From: an uncultured Victivallis sp.
GTDB taxonomy: Bacteria > Verrucomicrobiota > Lentisphaeria > Victivallales > GWF2-50-93
DNA: 64,000 bases
Reading direction: 5' to 3'
NCBI GenBank assembly: GCA_964600895.1
Contig: CAZRKP010000019.1
Span: forward strand, 10,730-74,729
In this document: positions 60,650 to 64,000 of the stretch, piece by piece
How the letters are laid out: each line of letters starts with the position of its first letter
Numbering within the stretch: the first letter of the stretch is position 1
Notes under the pieces: model-generated
Seen by the model: the letters and a program-made list of their open reading frames with translations, nothing else
The model's database searches: none
Told to the model about the DNA's origin: nothing
Program-made: the position numbers and the translations under genes

Positions 60650-61996
60650 TTAGATTTTAACCGAGTTGACAAGAGAAGATGAAATCAGTTTGTGATTTTC
60701 AGGATCTTTAAGTATGTTTTCAATAACATGATCAAATTCTTCGTGGGCTCTTGCAAGCAATTCATCGTAGATAAAAAAACCATAATCATTTTCAATCGAA
60801 TCCCTGTTCCTAAACTTTCTGTATTTTAAATTAAGATAATCCAAGGTTCTTATAATCCTGAAAGGAAGAATGGATCTCATGGGGGATTTAGAAGGATTTT
60901 TATTTAGAGTATTAACAATATCAAGAGCAACCTTTAAAATTGATGAACCTTCGCTTTTTAAGTCATAGATCTCATGAATAAGATGTTCGGTAGATTCATC
61001 GTAGAATGTCAACTTGTCGTAATGGGATATTTTATAGTAAAGATCATCGAAATTGCAAGGTGTATTGTTTGATACAGATGTTAATAGCTGGGAAGGAACT
61101 ATATCGCTATATATTTTAAGATCGGACCCGCATAACTGAGTTAAATTTATAAAAGGTATTTTCGCGATTGCAAGAAGAGAGATAGTTGTAGAGATGCCAT
61201 TCCCAATTATAATATCCTGCTGGCCAGCCCATGTGGAAAAATCAAAAGATTCATTAATTGAAATATTATTAGTCTTTATATAGTTAATATCCTGATAGAG
61301 GTTCTTTTTTTCAAGAGGATATGGACGGAGGCTAATCTCATATTTATCTTTATCAAGAGTGCTAATAATATCAAGCATGATTTTTAAGTATTTAATCTGT
61401 AGAAATATCTCCTCCCATGTATAGATGTCATCCTTTTTGTCATAAAGGTGCTTAAGAAGGTAAAGATCCTTTTTTGTAGAATTAATCAGCCAGAAACTTC
61501 CTATAAATCCAATTTTAATTTTTCCAGTCTTATTTCGTTTTCTTCTGAATTTAATAATGTCTCCTCGCATATTTCCCACTACTTTAAATATTGAATCAAA
61601 CAATTCTTCTTTTGCCCCCGGGTTTTTCATATAAATATTAAATAAATGTTTTCTAGGTATCTCGCCCCAGAGATGAATCCGTGAAAATTTACATAGAAAT
61701 TCAGGATCAGAAGTTATTTTTGATTCATTTATATGGTAGGTGACGCTGCCTTCTGCAGAACACATAAATGGCATTGCATTAGGATAAGATTTAATAAGTT
61801 TTTCGGCTTTTGATGGTGTAACAAAAAAAACAGCATCAGGATTCCAAAGCTTGATGGGAATGGACGCAATGTTTGCATTATTCGCAATAATGCACTTGCA
61901 ACCGAAACGTTCCAGTAAACGAGAAAGAATAAATGAAATACCGAAATCGCGATTGAAAGTCATTGAATGTATAAGGATTTTCCAGTTCTTATTCAT
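60650..61996 (-). CDS. Hypothetical protein (448 aa), candidate nonulosonate transferase or other surface-carbohydrate enzyme
   Basis: Long ORF starting 3 nt after the cytidylyltransferase gene. Rossmann-like segments (KIKIGFIGSFWL..., DIIIGNGISTTISLLAIAKIPFINL). No motif I can assign. Confidence 0.5.
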   Translation of the reverse strand: MNKNWKILIHSMTFNRDFGISFILSRLLERFGCKCIIANNANIASIPIKLWNPDAVFFVTPSKAEKLIKSYPNAMPFMCSAEGSVTYHINESKITSDPEFLCKFSRIHLWGEIPRKHLFNIYMKNPGAKEELFDSIFKVVGNMRGDIIKFRRKRNKTGKIKIGFIGSFWLINSTKKDLYLLKHLYDKKDDIYTWEEIFLQIKYLKIMLDIISTLDKDKYEISLRPYPLEKKNLYQDINYIKTNNISINESFDFSTWAGQQDIIIGNGISTTISLLAIAKIPFINLTQLCGSDLKIYSDIVPSQLLTSVSNNTPCNFDDLYYKISHYDKLTFYDESTEHLIHEIYDLKSEGSSILKVALDIVNTLNKNPSKSPMRSILPFRIIRTLDYLNLKYRKFRNRDSIENDYGFFIYDELLARAHEEFDHVIENILKDPENHKLISSSLVNSVKI

Positions 61997-62038
61997 ATAA
62001 TAGTTTAGTTTTAATTGTTAACATGTAAAAAATGGTAT

Positions 62039-62998
62039 TTAATCGTTAATGGTATAATCATAACATCCAGAGCAAAGTGGCAATTCGTCATGGCGCATTT
62101 CAGCTAGCATTTTACGATATGTCATCATTTTTTTTGATATCCATATTTCTTTTAAGGTGTTTGTTTTTAAATCTCCAACAAGCATCTTATTGTCATAGTC
62201 GAAACAACAAGCACTTACTGTGCCGTCCCAGTTTATTGAAAGTTTATCAAATACTTCTGGACATTCAACATGCTTCCTTAATACGGTGTCTTTACTTTTT
62301 AAATAAAGTAATAAAGATTTTTTATTATCATCAAGGGTTGTTTCGTCAGGATCTATGTGATTAAATAAAGTTTTACCAATTGATAAAAGGTCAACATAAT
62401 CTTTAATTGATTTCTTAAAAAGTTCTATCTGCTTCGCTGTCTCATATGTAGTTGTAGTTGAGAGATGGATGTAGGGCAGAATGCTGTTTCCACGTTTGGC
62501 GTATAGTAATTTGACCCTGCTGATAAGCTCATCAAAGAAATCAATGTTGCGGGTTTCGGAGTAGCTTATTGTATCAATACCCTGAAATGAAAATTTTATA
62601 CTGTCCAATTTGATTTCCAATAATTTATCAATCATCTTTTCATCAAGCATACTGCCATTAGTATTAATATGGACAATTGAACCATGATGCTTAAGTTCTG
62701 TGACATACTCGATTAACCTTGGATGAAGAAAGGGTTCTCCCCATCTTATGAGTCGCACGGGAGTTTTGTAATGGGTTATTTGGTCAAGAATATTCTTATA
62801 AGTGTTATGGTTCATAACACCTTTCTGTCTTTTAACTGTTCCAAGGCCTGTTGGGCACATCAAGCATTGAAAATTGCATAAGTTAGTTAATTCGAGATCA
62901 ATGTATCTTGGAAAAGGGGGTAATGAATTGAGTTTTTCCATCGAATTACCCTTATTGCATGCGTCATATATTGATTTAAATGGATTGATCCTTTTCAT
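62039..62998 (-). CDS. Radical SAM / SPASM-domain enzyme, second copy
   Basis: 319 aa. LELTNLCNFQCLMC (CxxxCxxC). C-terminal VECPEVFDKLSINWDGTVSACCFDYD...LPLCSGCYDY. Confidence 0.8.
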   Translation of the reverse strand: MKRINPFKSIYDACNKGNSMEKLNSLPPFPRYIDLELTNLCNFQCLMCPTGLGTVKRQKGVMNHNTYKNILDQITHYKTPVRLIRWGEPFLHPRLIEYVTELKHHGSIVHINTNGSMLDEKMIDKLLEIKLDSIKFSFQGIDTISYSETRNIDFFDELISRVKLLYAKRGNSILPYIHLSTTTTYETAKQIELFKKSIKDYVDLLSIGKTLFNHIDPDETTLDDNKKSLLLYLKSKDTVLRKHVECPEVFDKLSINWDGTVSACCFDYDNKMLVGDLKTNTLKEIWISKKMMTYRKMLAEMRHDELPLCSGCYDYTIND

Positions 62999-63096
62999 AA
63001 TAAATATGAAAATCCTTTATGATTAATAATATTTATAAGACAAAAGAAATTTCTGACCAAAATAAACATATGTAAAATATTAATGAAATAAATGAA

Positions 63097-63645
63097 TTAA
63101 TCGATGGATCTAATTAGTTTTGCTGGGTTTCCTGCATATAATGTCCGTGCCGGGACATTCTTAGTAACAATACTTCCAGCTCCTACAACAGAATTTTCAC
63201 CAATTTCAACACCTGGAAGGATAATTGAGTTGGCGCCAATCCAGCAACCCTTGTGTAATATAACGTGACTGAATTTGAAGGAACCTTGTTCAATTATAGG
63301 GACATTAGGATTTTTAAATTGGTGATTGGATACATAAATATGAACACCTTGGCCCATCATTACATCATCCTCAATGGTGATAAAGCCATTAGTATCTGAA
63401 AAAATCACAGATCCTGGACGAACTATAACACGGTTACCTAAATGTATGCGGGAACAGCATATAGCATATGCACCGGGACGGACTTCAGAATGAGTACCAA
63501 AGTATGCAAATTTGCGTTTGCAAAGAGCTTTCATTGTTGACTTGAAATGTAATCGCCAATGAGTTGAAGGAAAATCTGGTCCTATGCGATCTTGACTATT
63601 CATCCACCGAATTCGTTTCCATGCTTCAAAAATGAATGAGAGCAT
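63097..63645 (-). CDS. LbH (hexapeptide) O-/N-acetyltransferase (maltose/galactoside acetyltransferase-like)
   Basis: 182 aa. CWIGANSIILPGVEIGENSVVGAGSIVTKNVPARTLYAGNPAKLI. Confidence 0.8.
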   Translation of the reverse strand: MLSFIFEAWKRIRWMNSQDRIGPDFPSTHWRLHFKSTMKALCKRKFAYFGTHSEVRPGAYAICCSRIHLGNRVIVRPGSVIFSDTNGFITIEDDVMMGQGVHIYVSNHQFKNPNVPIIEQGSFKFSHVILHKGCWIGANSIILPGVEIGENSVVGAGSIVTKNVPARTLYAGNPAKLIRSID

Positions 63646-63669
63646 AAAAATACCTTATTAAATAAATTA

Positions 63670-64000
63670 TTATTTTGACTGCTTCATGTGGGGTCTGAGG
63701 ATAAGGCCTCCATCAAGGAGAAGGCCATCGAGTTCTGAATTCATGAATACTTCATAAGCCTCAGTTGCAGTATTAACTATTGGATAACCATGGAGGTTGA
63801 AAGAGGTGTTCATAAGGGCTCCGCGACCTGTTATTTTAGAAAAACACTCGAGCAGATCATAAAGATCCGGATTTGCATTTTTTGTCAGTATCTGAGCTCT
63901 TGCGCTTTTATCAGCACTATGACATGCAGCTTTCATGCTTTTCCAGCCTTCTTCTGTTGTCTCATATCCTATTGTCATATGGGGAGATTGGATATTTTTA
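63670..64000 (-). CDS. NodU/CmcH-type carbamoyltransferase, C-terminal part only (5' end beyond the window)
   Basis: The reading frame stays open upstream of the track Met (codons 63979-63999 read KNIQSPH with no stop). The tail KSARAQILTKNANPDLYDLLECFSKITGRGALMNTSFNLHGYPIV aligns with the C-terminus of the 587-aa carbamoyltransferase at 32635..34398. Confidence 0.8.
   Translation of the reverse strand, partial: KNIQSPHMTIGYETTEEGWKSMKAACHSADKSARAQILTKNANPDLYDLLECFSKITGRGALMNTSFNLHGYPIVNTATEAYEVFMNSELDGLLLDGGLILRPHMKQSK

Noticed and set aside
1-64000. Searched by eye for rRNA/tRNA genes, CRISPR repeat-spacer arrays, transposases or integrases, prophage genes, toxin-antitoxin pairs and known defence-system hallmarks
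   Set aside because: None found. All intergenic regions are short (454 bp or less), AT-rich and without regular repeat periodicity. Every large ORF is accounted for by envelope or glycan-biosynthesis families or is an unknown embedded in that context.

Overview
This 64-kb bacterial chromosomal window shows no rRNA, tRNA, CRISPR array, transposase or integrase. I cannot assign a taxon from the sequence alone.

Left 8.7 kb (cell-envelope housekeeping):
- An open-ended M48 metallopeptidase gene sits on the minus strand. It is absent from the ORF track and was found by hand translation.
- A zinc-ribbon Hanks-type Ser/Thr kinase lies just upstream of it on the same strand.
- These diverge from a plus-strand operon: unknown exported 456-aa protein, mreC, mreD, PBP2 (mrdA), small lipoprotein. 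No mreB or rodA is present in the window.

From 8.7 kb to the right edge (surface-glycan super-locus):
- An AraC-type regulator is followed by about 55 kb of almost uninterrupted minus-strand genes. There are 42 ORFs, several joined by stop/start overlaps of a few nt. One small plus-strand gene is embedded in the array.
- An initiation module of the PglF/PglE/PglC type is accompanied by a WecB-type 2-epimerase.
- A WbpB/WbpD/WbpE-like trio makes 2,3-diacetamido-uronic acid.
- Transfer and export functions: five GT4 glycosyltransferases and a fused PglK/MsbA-type ABC exporter. No Wzx, Wzy, Wzm, Wzt or ligase is seen.
- The tailoring set is very large:
  - five AsnB-type amidoligases, three in tandem and one lacking the Cys nucleophile;
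  - three NodU/CmcH-type carbamoyltransferases, one fused to an SGNH hydrolase and one cut by the window edge;
  - two B12-binding radical-SAM enzymes and two SPASM-type radical-SAM enzymes;
  - three SAM methyltransferases and three LbH acyltransferases;
  - a membrane-anchored metallophosphoesterase.
- An atypical nonulosonic-acid (NeuB/NeuA-type) module carries a CBS-aminotransferase fusion, a TIM-barrel sugar isomerase-like protein, an SDR, an ATP-grasp ligase and a PHP phosphatase.
- Three large proteins (360, 535 and 448 aa) have no assignable family.
- The only plus-strand gene in the locus is a clear bacterial homologue of macrophage migration inhibitory factor (MIF).
- By eye, base composition is mosaic: AT-richer blocks alternate with GC-richer ones. 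No mobile-element genes are present.

The strongest candidate for undescribed biology is the combination of radical-SAM, amidoligase and carbamoyl chemistry with the non-canonical nonulosonic-acid route. All functional calls rest on motifs I could read in the translations. No database search was run.
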